From assembly GCA_963804565.1 (NCBI GenBank), contig CAWDQV010000001.1:320214-384213 (forward strand): DNA of 64,000 nucleotides. The letters are read 5' to 3'. A program made the position numbers and the translations under genes. The DNA comes from Candidatus Dormiibacterota bacterium. GTDB taxonomy: Bacteria; Chloroflexota; Dormibacteria; Aeolococcales; Bog-877. Shown one piece after another: positions 21,496 through 29,419 of this stretch; positions within the stretch are counted from its first letter, which is position 1; each line of letters opens with the position of its first letter. Under the pieces are notes generated by a model. The model worked only from the letters and a program-made list of their open reading frames with translations, made no database searches and was not told where the DNA came from.

Positions 21496-22605
21496 ATGAA
21501 ACGGCTGACAACGTACCTCGGCTTGGCCCTAGTGGCGCTAGCTGCGACCGGCTGCAGCTCCCAATTGGCTGCCCCGCGATCACAACAACACGCATCCCCG
21601 GTTGCTACCAAGCAGACCTCCGGCACCCCCACGCCCGATGGCGTGGCTTTCTGGGACGCGAAGCACGGCCTCCTCATCGTCGACCTGACCACGCCCGCCT
21701 GCGCCGCCTCCGGCTGCACCCGTTCCGATAGCGTCATTGAGAGGACCGAGGATGGAGGTAAGCACTGGAAGGTGGTCGACCGGCTGGCGCGCGCGCTTCA
21801 GGCGGTGGCGGTAGCGGGAACCGAGGTCGCATGGGTGACGATGCGAAGCCCCTACTGCTCGTTGGAGTGCGACTCCAACAGCCTGCTCCTGACCCGGGAC
21901 GGCGGGGCTAGCTGGCGGAAGGCAACTTCGAACAAGCCTGTCGGATCTGTGTCGCCGGTGTCGGCCAGCACCGCCTGGGCAATTTCTAACGTCAGCGCCA
22001 CCTCCGCAGATCCGACGGGCACCAGCCTGGTCCAAAGCACGGACGGAGGCCGTACCTGGCACGTGCAACCCTATCCCTGCAACTCTTTCGCGGGACTGGG
22101 CATCGCGATCAGCACGGTCAACTTCAGCGGACTCAGCCGTGGCTCCGCTGTCTGCGCCGGGGTGCCTGCCACCGACATGCAGGCCAAGGCCATGTATGCC
22201 ACCACTGATCGCGGTGCGAGTTGGACTCTCCAGTCGGAATGTCCGAATGTCACGTCTGTGGGACAGCAGCCCGGCGCCATCGGAATCTTGGACTGCGTCG
22301 GTGTCGATCCCACGCTGCAGCTCCTCGCCGGTGGGCACGGCTGGATGTGGAGCAGTCGGCTTGGGCTGGAATCTACCAGCGATGGGGGACGGATCTGGAA
22401 TCTGATAGCTCGGAAGGTCGTCTTTGACGACACCAGTGAAGTCGTCACGGCATCTTTGGTGAGCGATTTGGTCGGCTTCGTGCTGATCGGGCCCCGCCCG
22501 GAATCCCCGGCCGGATGCCCTCCACGAGGCTGCGGGCCACGGCTCCTGTCAACCAAGGATGGTGGAGAAAGTTGGGCGATCCTCACTACCTGGCCAGCAC
22601 CATAA
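21496..22605 (+). CDS. Lipoprotein with BNR/Asp-box repeats (Ycf48/sialidase-like beta-propeller)
   Basis: ATG at 21496. MKRLTTYLGLALVALAATGCSS has a lipobox. Repeated S/T-x-D-G-G-x-x-W motifs: TEDGGKHWK, TRDGGASWR, STDGGRTWH, TTDRGASWT, TSDGGRIWN, TKDGGESWA. Confidence 0.75.
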   Translation: MKRLTTYLGLALVALAATGCSSQLAAPRSQQHASPVATKQTSGTPTPDGVAFWDAKHGLLIVDLTTPACAASGCTRSDSVIERTEDGGKHWKVVDRLARALQAVAVAGTEVAWVTMRSPYCSLECDSNSLLLTRDGGASWRKATSNKPVGSVSPVSASTAWAISNVSATSADPTGTSLVQSTDGGRTWHVQPYPCNSFAGLGIAISTVNFSGLSRGSAVCAGVPATDMQAKAMYATTDRGASWTLQSECPNVTSVGQQPGAIGILDCVGVDPTLQLLAGGHGWMWSSRLGLESTSDGGRIWNLIARKVVFDDTSEVVTASLVSDLVGFVLIGPRPESPAGCPPRGCGPRLLSTKDGGESWAILTTWPAP

Positions 22606-22845
22606 CGGTCCCGATCGTTAGCAATATGCTTCGGCGGTGGCGTCCGGCGTCCCCGGTTTTCGGCTTGCCTGGGTCGCCTGGGCCAATTCGGGCGAAGTCG
22701 ACCGAGTGGCCGGAGCACTCGTCGCCGTTCCCCGGCGGAGTGCTCGGAGGCGCGGCCTGATGGGCTGTGGCGGAGTGAATGGGTCGATCGGCAAGCTGTA
22801 TGCTCGTGCGCCGTCCGGTCCGTCGAGGCGAACCACGTTAGGGAC

Positions 22846-23331
22846 ATGCCGAAACGCAAGACTGCTAGAACCGATCGGATCATCCAGCGCGCCGGCTGGA
22901 TTCTCGGCGCATTAGCCTGCCTGGGTCTTGCCCTGACTGGCTGCCAGGCTCACACCAGTTCGCCTTCCAAAGCGCCCCACCCGTCAACCGCAACCACCCC
23001 TGTTGGCGACGGTGCGGTGGTGGGCGGAATCGACGGATGCAACGCAATCCCCCTGAACGGAGGTGACGGCTTAGTCGCGGGCACGGTGACCGTGCTCACG
23101 GGTGCCGTTTCCTACATGCTTGAACCGAACGGCGGGCGTAGGGTGGTTCTTCCGACGAACCAGATCAAGCACCAATCTGTGCGCGCGGGCCAGGAATTTC
23201 GGATCGACCTCCCTCCCGGCACCTACGTCTTGGCAGCCAACTTTGGTTCACCGGGCTACGCGCCGTGGGTGTCGGTGGTCGTCCGACTCGGCGTGGTGGA
23301 GCACAAAGACATCGGGGACGGGTGCGTCTGA
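22846..23331 (+). CDS. Lipoprotein, paralog 1 (carboxypeptidase-regulatory-like fold suspected)
   Basis: Lipobox LALTGC. GDGAVVGGIDGC..VAGTVTVLTGAVS..GQEFRIDLPPGTYVLAA..GDGCV*. Confidence 0.65.
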   Translation: MPKRKTARTDRIIQRAGWILGALACLGLALTGCQAHTSSPSKAPHPSTATTPVGDGAVVGGIDGCNAIPLNGGDGLVAGTVTVLTGAVSYMLEPNGGRRVVLPTNQIKHQSVRAGQEFRIDLPPGTYVLAANFGSPGYAPWVSVVVRLGVVEHKDIGDGCV

Positions 23332-23476
23332 TTCAGACCTTCGAGAAGCGAACAAGCTCAGATTCGATAGGGTCTCGGCCAAGGACGGCGCGATGCGGCT
23401 GACTTCGGGACGGCGAGCGCGGAGCGCCCAATAAAGTGGCGGTGAGCAGGGCGGATCCGCCCCAGAGACCGCCCAG

Positions 23477-23965
23477 TCAGATGCACGGGCTGGGAATGGT
23501 CTGGTTGGTTATCCTGCCCTCTCGAATTACGACCGGCACCCAGGAGATGATGTCCCCCTGGGCGTAGTGGGCTACCAGTACGTAACGCCCAGGCCCCAGG
23601 TAGATCCGGAATCGGTGGCCCTTCAGCACCCGCTGGGATGCCACTCGGTCCCTTGGTAGCACGTCGGCATTGCCGTTTGCCTCGGTGGGGGTCTTAGACA
23701 CCGTTCCACGGAGAACTACCACCGTGCCCGCGACATATCCGGGACGATGCAGTTCACGCGCTCCGACGCATGCGGCGATGCCTCCCACGACGGCACCATC
23801 ACCGCTCGGAATGGCCGATGCCGCTGAGCACCCGGTGAGAGCAACCATCAGTACGCTCAACGCCGCCCCGACCACGGAGGCCCGTGAAATGCATTGACCG
23901 GTCGCCTTCCACATCCGACGCATGATGACAGTGGGGCCGAGCCATCGGGTGCCATCCGAGATCAA
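23477..23965 (-). CDS. Lipoprotein, paralog 2 (convergent with paralog 1; start may be the internal MRRMW)
   Basis: Lipobox VALTGC. GDGAVVGGIAAC..VAGTVVVLRGTVS..GHRFRIYLGPGRYVLVA..SPCI*. Confidence 0.65.
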   Translation of the reverse strand: MISDGTRWLGPTVIMRRMWKATGQCISRASVVGAALSVLMVALTGCSAASAIPSGDGAVVGGIAACVGARELHRPGYVAGTVVVLRGTVSKTPTEANGNADVLPRDRVASQRVLKGHRFRIYLGPGRYVLVAHYAQGDIISWVPVVIREGRITNQTIPSPCI

Positions 23966-23987
23966 ACTGGGCCTGGCCGGTCAAAAG

Positions 23988-24053
23988 AGCCCAGGGCGGG
24001 GAGTGAACCAGCGACCTCTTCGTTACCCAGAATCTGAAGCTGAGCGCTGTGCC
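23988..24053 (-). repeat. tRNA-Thr 3'-half copy B plus shared element arm (att-like scar)
   Basis: agcccagggcggggagtgaaccagcgacctcttcgttacccag is 38/43 identical to tRNA-Thr 27543-27585. It is followed by aatctgaagctgagcgctgtgcc, which is shared with copy A. No 5' acceptor or D arm can be formed. Confidence 0.7.
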
Positions 24054-24167
24054 AATGACTTCCAGGAGGTCACCATAAGGCGTCCAGTCAAGTCGTCTGC
24101 ACCGCGCCACCCATAGAGCGGCGCTAGAGCAACAAAGCCTCCCTCCGTAACCTGGACCTAGGCCGAA

Positions 24168-24443
24168 TTGACGTTCCCGGGAGTCAGGCCACCCGTCCCA
24201 CCCTTCACGCGCCATGCGAGACTGGGACCCGTGAGGCCAGCGGAACTGACGGGATTCTTTGCCGCCTCCGCGGCCGTGGTCAGTAGCCTGGTCGGCCTGC
24301 TCTTCGTCGCTATCAGCCTTCGCTATGAGGCCGTTCTTGGCTCAGACGCCCAGGGTACGAATCGAGCCGTCGCGGCCGCCGCTCTCACGCCCCTTGCCAA
24401 TGCGCTGATAGTTCCGCTCTGGGCTCTCATCCCGGGATGTTGA
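24168..24443 (+). CDS. Small two-TM ORF (possibly a gene fragment)
   Basis: ..LTGFFAASAAVVSSLVGLLFVAISL..AAAALTPLANALIVPLWALIPGC*. Overlaps the next gene by 7 nt. Weak evidence. Confidence 0.3.
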   Translation: MTFPGVRPPVPPFTRHARLGPVRPAELTGFFAASAAVVSSLVGLLFVAISLRYEAVLGSDAQGTNRAVAAAALTPLANALIVPLWALIPGC

Positions 24444-26302
24444 AGCCTGAGGACGAGCTGGGGACGGGGCCAGACTGCACACCGGTTCGCTTGCTGCCGG
24501 GTCCGCGCATCGACGGCTGTCGCATCCTCTCCCCGCAACAGTCGGTCTATCTTGACGGGGCCGAGGCCCAACTGTTCAAGGTCCTGAGCGCCGCCCACGA
24601 CCTCTCCTCCGGGAGCGACGAACTGGCCGACCAGGCGACCAACTGGCCAGAGCGATATCACCTGAGTCCCGCTCGAGCGAACTTGCTGCGCGCACTCGAG
24701 CTCGACGCCGGGCTGGCGGTTCTCGAGATCGGCGCAGGGTGTGGGGCTCTGACCCGCTATCTAGGCGAGAGGTGTCGACTGGTTGACGCCATTGAGCCGG
24801 TGATTGAACGCGCGCGCGTCGCCCGGGCTCGCACACGGGACCTGGCGCACGTGGAAGTGTTCGTCGGCTCCCTCGGGGATATTCCCTCCCAGAAGACGTA
24901 TGACCTAATCGTGATCGCGGGAGTCCTCGAATATGTGGGCCATGGGTCGTCCGATACCTCACATCACCGCTCGTTCCTCGCGGATTCGGCCGCGCGGCTG
25001 GCGCCGGGCGGAACTCTCCTCATCGCCATCGAAAACTCTTTGGGTGTGAAGTATCTCGTCGGCGCCCCAGAAGACCACAGTGGACGACCGTTCGACTCGT
25101 TGGAGGGATACCCAGAAGGTTCGCCAGCGCGCACCTTCCCGCGAAGCGCCCTTGCCAGCTGGATCGTCGAGTTAGGGCTGCGGCCCACCTTCCTCGGCGC
25201 CTTCCCCGACTACAAGTTCACTCGCACGCTCCTCGCTGACCGGCTGTTCGAGATTCAACCTGACCTGGCGTGGCGACTCGCGAAGTTCCCGAGCCCGGAC
25301 TGGCCCGAGCCGGCGCCGCGCGTCGCCCGGGAAGCGGCTGCGTGGAGGACTCTGGTCGAGGCTGGGCTCGGTCCTCAGACTCACAACTCCTTCGTCATCC
25401 TCGCTTCGGATGGATCTGGCGAAGCCCTCTGGCCAGACGACATGATCGCGGCCGTCTTCCAGAACGACCGACGTGCCGCCTTCTCCACCCAGACGATGGT
25501 GTCCGACGGTGGCGGACAGCTGCATTTCAACCGGCAAGAAGCGGAAGACGAACAGGGCCCCAACGTCAAGGATCAGCCCGCAGCGAGCCGCGCCGCGCCG
25601 CGCCTGACACTTAGGGACGGGAAGGTCGAGTTCGTTACGGGCACAGACATGATCGAGGTGCTGGCGGCTTCGACGGTGGCCGAGTTCGAGCGCCTCATGC
25701 GGCTATGGTTGGACCTGATCGATAGAATCTTGGAATCGCCCCACGAGGGAACTCCCTTCGACGCGCTGCCCCATAACGTGGTCATCACGCCTGCCGGGGA
25801 ATTGGTCCTAGTCGACTGCAAGTGGGCGAATGCCGACGCGACTCGGTCCGACCTCCTCGCACGGTGCGCCCTCGTAACCTCGCTCCAACTGGCTGAGCGC
25901 GCCGACTTCTCGCGGTGGGGCGACGCAAATGGCGAGGCCCTCGCACGGCGAATTGGCGAACTGGTTGGCCTGCCGGGTGAAACAGCGTGGCTCACAGCCG
26001 CCGTAGCCTGGGAGGCACGCCTTCAGGACGCGGTCACGGTCAGGGTCGGATCATTGCCGCCTGGTCCTGCTCGAGTACAAGAGTTCGAGTCTCTGCTCTG
26101 GCGGCGCCTCCAGGACCTCCGATCAAACCTCTCACCCCAAAGGTCGGAGAGCCTATCTCAGATCCTCGCTTTACTGGCCGAGTCGGAGGTGAGGTTGGCG
26201 CGTCTTCGAGGCTCACTGAGTTGGCGGATCACCAAACCACTTCGAACTGCCAATGCCGTACGCCGATCGCTAGTCGCCCGAACCGCCCCCCACCGCCGCT
26301 GA
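24437..26302 (+). CDS. Class I SAM-dependent methyltransferase fused to a kinase-like domain and a short C-terminal coiled coil (WbdD-like architecture)
   Basis: Intact 621-aa ORF. SAM motif I VLEIGAGCGALTRYLG; LLIAIENSLGVKYLVGAPEDHSGRPF. Later FDALPHNVVITPAGELVLVDCKW shows D-x4-N then D, a Brenner-type kinase-fold signature. Heptad-like LLWRRLQDLRSNL..LALLAESEVRLARLRGSLSWRITKPLR near the end. Confidence 0.8.
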   Translation: MLKPEDELGTGPDCTPVRLLPGPRIDGCRILSPQQSVYLDGAEAQLFKVLSAAHDLSSGSDELADQATNWPERYHLSPARANLLRALELDAGLAVLEIGAGCGALTRYLGERCRLVDAIEPVIERARVARARTRDLAHVEVFVGSLGDIPSQKTYDLIVIAGVLEYVGHGSSDTSHHRSFLADSAARLAPGGTLLIAIENSLGVKYLVGAPEDHSGRPFDSLEGYPEGSPARTFPRSALASWIVELGLRPTFLGAFPDYKFTRTLLADRLFEIQPDLAWRLAKFPSPDWPEPAPRVAREAAAWRTLVEAGLGPQTHNSFVILASDGSGEALWPDDMIAAVFQNDRRAAFSTQTMVSDGGGQLHFNRQEAEDEQGPNVKDQPAASRAAPRLTLRDGKVEFVTGTDMIEVLAASTVAEFERLMRLWLDLIDRILESPHEGTPFDALPHNVVITPAGELVLVDCKWANADATRSDLLARCALVTSLQLAERADFSRWGDANGEALARRIGELVGLPGETAWLTAAVAWEARLQDAVTVRVGSLPPGPARVQEFESLLWRRLQDLRSNLSPQRSESLSQILALLAESEVRLARLRGSLSWRITKPLRTANAVRRSLVARTAPHRR

Positions 26303-26319
26303 GGCGCCGCTAGCGCCGG

Positions 26320-26384
26320 CGCCCAGGGCGGGGATTGAACCCGCGCCCTCTTCCTTTCCAAGAAACTGAAGCTGAGCGCGGTGC
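26320..26384 (-). repeat. tRNA-Thr 3'-half copy A plus shared element arm (att-like scar)
   Basis: gcccagggcggggattgaacccgcgccctcttcctttccaag is 41/44 identical to the tRNA-Thr 3' end through the anticodon loop. It is followed by aaactgaagctgagcgcggtgc. The upstream part cannot make a D arm or a correctly spaced acceptor. Confidence 0.75.
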
Positions 26385-26525
26385 TACCGAGATCCTGGGG
26401 CCTAGCGAGACCTGTCCAGCTAAGTGGCAATCCCTGGTGCTGTGACTGCGCCTGATGCGAACACGTGCAGAGGAGTCCACCTGAACGTCGATTCTGTTCG
26501 CCGTCGGAGGGGACCCAGGCGCTGG

Positions 26526-27383
26526 TTACCGGTCGTGGTGAGCGGCGTTTGGGCGCGGGTCGCCGAGTGGGAAGGCGACATCGCAAACTAGGTCGTTTGG
26601 TCCGATATCGTCTGGCTCGACGAGGTATACCTCACGGCAGGACAATCGGCTGCCAGGGCGGGAGGTCACGTCGAGCGAGCACGCTACGGCGTCGTAGGCG
26701 GCAAGGATTACCGGGTAGTCCCATTGGGCCTTCGTAATTCTCGTGTATGCCTCCTCGTGGGATGGTTCGGTGCGAACACCGACGATGTTGTCGGGCTGTA
26801 TCTGCGGAGGGCAGGGCAGCACCGCCTCGAGCGGACCGTCGTGCTCGGCATCGACGACGCCGTGGAAGATCAGCATGAAGGGGCCGGTCGCAGGTGCTCC
26901 TCGCAGGCGGACGGCGAAGGCCTTCTTCGCCTCTCGCACGAAACCGTCGGTCTCGTTCCCGTGGAGGCGCCGCTGGATCGACATGACGCTCTGGGCCGGT
27001 ACGCGACGTACGTGGATCGGGAACATAGGGTCGCCTCCCTGGCTAAAAGTCGCTTGGATGTGGTGGATGAGCAACTGGCGATCAGCCTGGCGGCGCGCAA
27101 AGTCCGCGAGGATCTGGTCCAGTCGTCGGATTGCCAAATCGGAGTTCCGTGCGACATCGTCGAGCATGAGTTGGATGTCGGCGAGACTTAGATCTGCACC
27201 GCGCAGCAGACCGATCAGCTGCCCGGTTCGAATCTGCCTGGTCCCATAGCGCCGGTAGCCGGTGGAGGCGTCAGTGAGGGCCGGCGTGAGGAGACCGTTC
27301 CGGTCGTAGATACGTAGCGCCTTGGGCGTCAGACGCGTCCGGCGAGCAAACTCGCCGATCGACAGCCGATCGACGTTGTCCAC
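26526..27383 (-). CDS. MerR-family transcriptional regulator with GyrI-like effector-binding domain
   Basis: LSIGEFARRTRLTPKALRIYDRNGLLTPALTDASTGYRRYGTRQI (MerR HTH) plus a ~150-aa C-terminal GyrI-like region. Confidence 0.85.
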   Translation of the reverse strand: MDNVDRLSIGEFARRTRLTPKALRIYDRNGLLTPALTDASTGYRRYGTRQIRTGQLIGLLRGADLSLADIQLMLDDVARNSDLAIRRLDQILADFARRQADRQLLIHHIQATFSQGGDPMFPIHVRRVPAQSVMSIQRRLHGNETDGFVREAKKAFAVRLRGAPATGPFMLIFHGVVDAEHDGPLEAVLPCPPQIQPDNIVGVRTEPSHEEAYTRITKAQWDYPVILAAYDAVACSLDVTSRPGSRLSCREVYLVEPDDIGPNDLVCDVAFPLGDPRPNAAHHDR

Positions 27384-27542
27384 GACCGAGATCCTCGTCC
27401 CTGCCCCAGGGGCAAGGTCAAGCTAGCCCTGATGCCGGCACAGAATCCACCTGGCTGGCCAACACCTAGCGCCGGATCAGCGTCTCGAACCCCGCTCGAC
27501 ACCCCGCCACAGTCGATTGCGACCTGTCCAAGAGATCAGCGG

Positions 27543-27614
27543 AGCCCAGGGCGAGGATTGAACCCGCGACCTCTTCCTTACCAAGGAAGCGCTCTACCAC
27601 TGAGCTACCTGGGC
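27543..27614 (-). tRNA. tRNA-Thr (anticodon GGT)
   Basis: Reverse complement GCCCAGG-TA-GCTC-AGTGGTA-GAGC-G-CTTCC-TTGGTAA-GGAAG-AGGTC-GCGGG-TTCAATC-CTCGC-CCTGGGC-T is a 72-nt cloverleaf. Confidence 0.93.
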
Positions 27615-27615
27615 G

Positions 27616-27699
27616 TGGGCGGGAAGGGATTCGAACCCCTGTAGGCGTAAAGCCAGCTGATCTACAGTCAGCCCCGTTTAACCACTTCGGTACCCGCCC
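27616..27699 (-). tRNA. tRNA-Tyr (anticodon GTA, long variable arm)
   Basis: Reverse complement GGGCGGG-TA-CCG-AAGTGGTTAAA-CGG-G-GCTGA-CTGTAGA-TCAGC-(15-nt variable arm)-AGGGG-TTCGAAT-CCCTT-CCCGCCC-A, 84 nt. One nt separates it from tRNA-Thr. Confidence 0.9.
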
Positions 27700-27780
27700 G
27701 CGCCGGAGTATACCGAGGGTCAGCTTCCGGGCCGGAAGCGGCCGTGCAGCCGATTTGCTTCCACTCGCGGAGGAGAAGAC

Positions 27781-28149
27781 TTGACAAACGCAGCGCCGGA
27801 GGTACGGCCGGAAGTCGACTTCGAAACCTTTCAGAAGCTGGATATCCGCGGCGGCTTGGTGATCGAGGCGGGACCATTTCCCGAAGCTCGCAAGCCCGCC
27901 ATCAAGCTCAAGATCGACTTCGGCGCTCCGATTGGAATCCGCCAGTCGAGCGCTCAGCTCACCCTGCACTACACGCCGGAGGAGCTGGTTGGAAAGGCGG
28001 TGCTGGCCGTGGTCAACTTTCCGCCCCGCCGCATTGCCGGCTTCTCGAGTCAGGTCCTGGTGCTGGGGCTGATCGCCGCCGATGACCCGGGCGACGTCGT
28101 GCTGATTGGCCCGGACCGACCTGGCGCCGTTGGAAGGCGGCTCGGCTGA
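27781..28149 (+). CDS. csaA: tRNA-binding domain protein (CsaA/EMAP-like)
   Basis: ..FQKLDIRGGLVIEAGPFPEARKPAIKLKIDFG..IRQSSAQLTLHYTPEELVGKAVLAVVNFPPRRIAGFSSQVLVLG is the CsaA pattern. Confidence 0.8.
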   Translation: MTNAAPEVRPEVDFETFQKLDIRGGLVIEAGPFPEARKPAIKLKIDFGAPIGIRQSSAQLTLHYTPEELVGKAVLAVVNFPPRRIAGFSSQVLVLGLIAADDPGDVVLIGPDRPGAVGRRLG

Positions 28150-28249
28150 TCCCGCATGCCCAGACCACTCAGATTCGAAAGGTCGGCTCAGCAAGTAACA
28201 TCAGCTTTGGGTTAGTAATGGTTCCGCGGGGGCGGACAAGGAGACGGCA

Positions 28250-29342
28250 ATGAGCATCATGCGACGGATGTCCGACCTGTTCCAGCAGAAGGCCAACAAG
28301 GTCCTGGACCGGGCCGAGGACCCGGTGGATGCCCTCGACCTCTCCTACCAAAAGCAGCTCGAGGCACTCCAGCAGGTAAAGCGAAGCGTGGCCGAGGTAC
28401 TCACCTCGGAGAAGCGGCTGGAGATGCAGGCCGCCCAGCTGCAGCAAACCGCGGACAAATCCCAAGCACAGGCCAAGGTGGCTATCCAGCAGGGGCGGGA
28501 GGACCTTGCTCGTCTCGCCCTGACTAGGGCGCAGCAGGCTCAGGCTCAACTGGACGGGATGCAGGGGCAGATCCAGCAGCTCAAAGACCAGGAGCAGAAG
28601 CTAGAGGTGACCGCCCAGAAGCTGACCGCGAAGGTCGAGTCGTTCCGGACCCAGCGCGAGACCATAAAGGCCCAGTACTCGGCAGCGAAGGCCTCCACCC
28701 AGATCGGCGAAGCGGTCACCGGTCTATCCGAGCAGATGACCGATGTGAACCTCATGATGGAGCGGGCTCAGGACAAGACCCAGCAGATGCAGGCTCGCTC
28801 GGCCGCCATCGACTCCCTGGTCGACAGCGGCACCCTCGACACCATCGGAACCTCATCCGGTGACGACATCGACCGCCAGCTTCAGGGCCAGCTGACTGAT
28901 ACCCAGGTGGACGCCCAGCTCGCTGCTCATGAAGCAAGAGGTGCTCGCCAGCTCAGACGCTACCCCGAGGATCTCGGCCGCACCCGCACCGACTGTACCG
29001 GCCGCCACTAGCCCGCCGGCTACCAATTCCCCGGACGATCAGAACGTAGTGGTGCGTATCTCGGGCGAGGACCAGTACCGACTGAACGTGGCCGAACGAC
29101 CGCAATTGGAACCCCTCGATGCAACGCTCAGCAAAGCCATCGACAGCCAGGACCAAGGCGCCTATTCCAAGGCGCTCAGCGACCTCCTCAACTTTGTCCG
29201 CTCCCACGGCAGCAAGCTGCCCTCCGATTCCCTCGAGCCATCCGATGTGGTCCTGCCTTCAGAGGACATGACCCTGGACGAAGCGACCAAGCTTCTCTCG
29301 GATGGAGATGTCGTGGAGGCAGGCGCTCCGGCAGCTTCGTAA
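28250..29342 (+). CDS. pspA: PspA/IM30 family protein, paralog 1, with apparent C-terminal extra domain (frame switch near 28925-28930)
   Basis: MSIMRRMSDLFQQKANKVLDRAEDPVDALDLSYQKQLEALQQVKRSVAEVLTSEKRLEMQ.. is the PspA coiled-coil body. After ..VDAQLAA the protein-like sequence continues in ORF 28929..29342 (MKQEVLASSDA..), which parallels the paralog 2 tail (LSQLRHEVLAKPDDA..). Confidence 0.85.
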
Positions 29343-29419
29343 ATTGGACCGTCGAGGATAACTGGACCGCGCCGCGGACCCTTCCCGGGGCGGAGTGATT
29401 GTGCGGCCGGGGTCTCGGC

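Noticed and set aside
23988-26400. Copies A (26320-26400) and B (23988-24060) considered as functional tRNA genes (anticodon-loop-like TTGGAAA / CTGGGTAA)
   Set aside because: Only the T arm and the 3' acceptor strand fold. The sequence where the D arm and 5' acceptor strand should be (GCTCAGCTTCAG..) cannot pair. In A the nearest GCCCCAGG is about 9 nt too far away and has an extra base. I treat them as tRNA-derived att scars.
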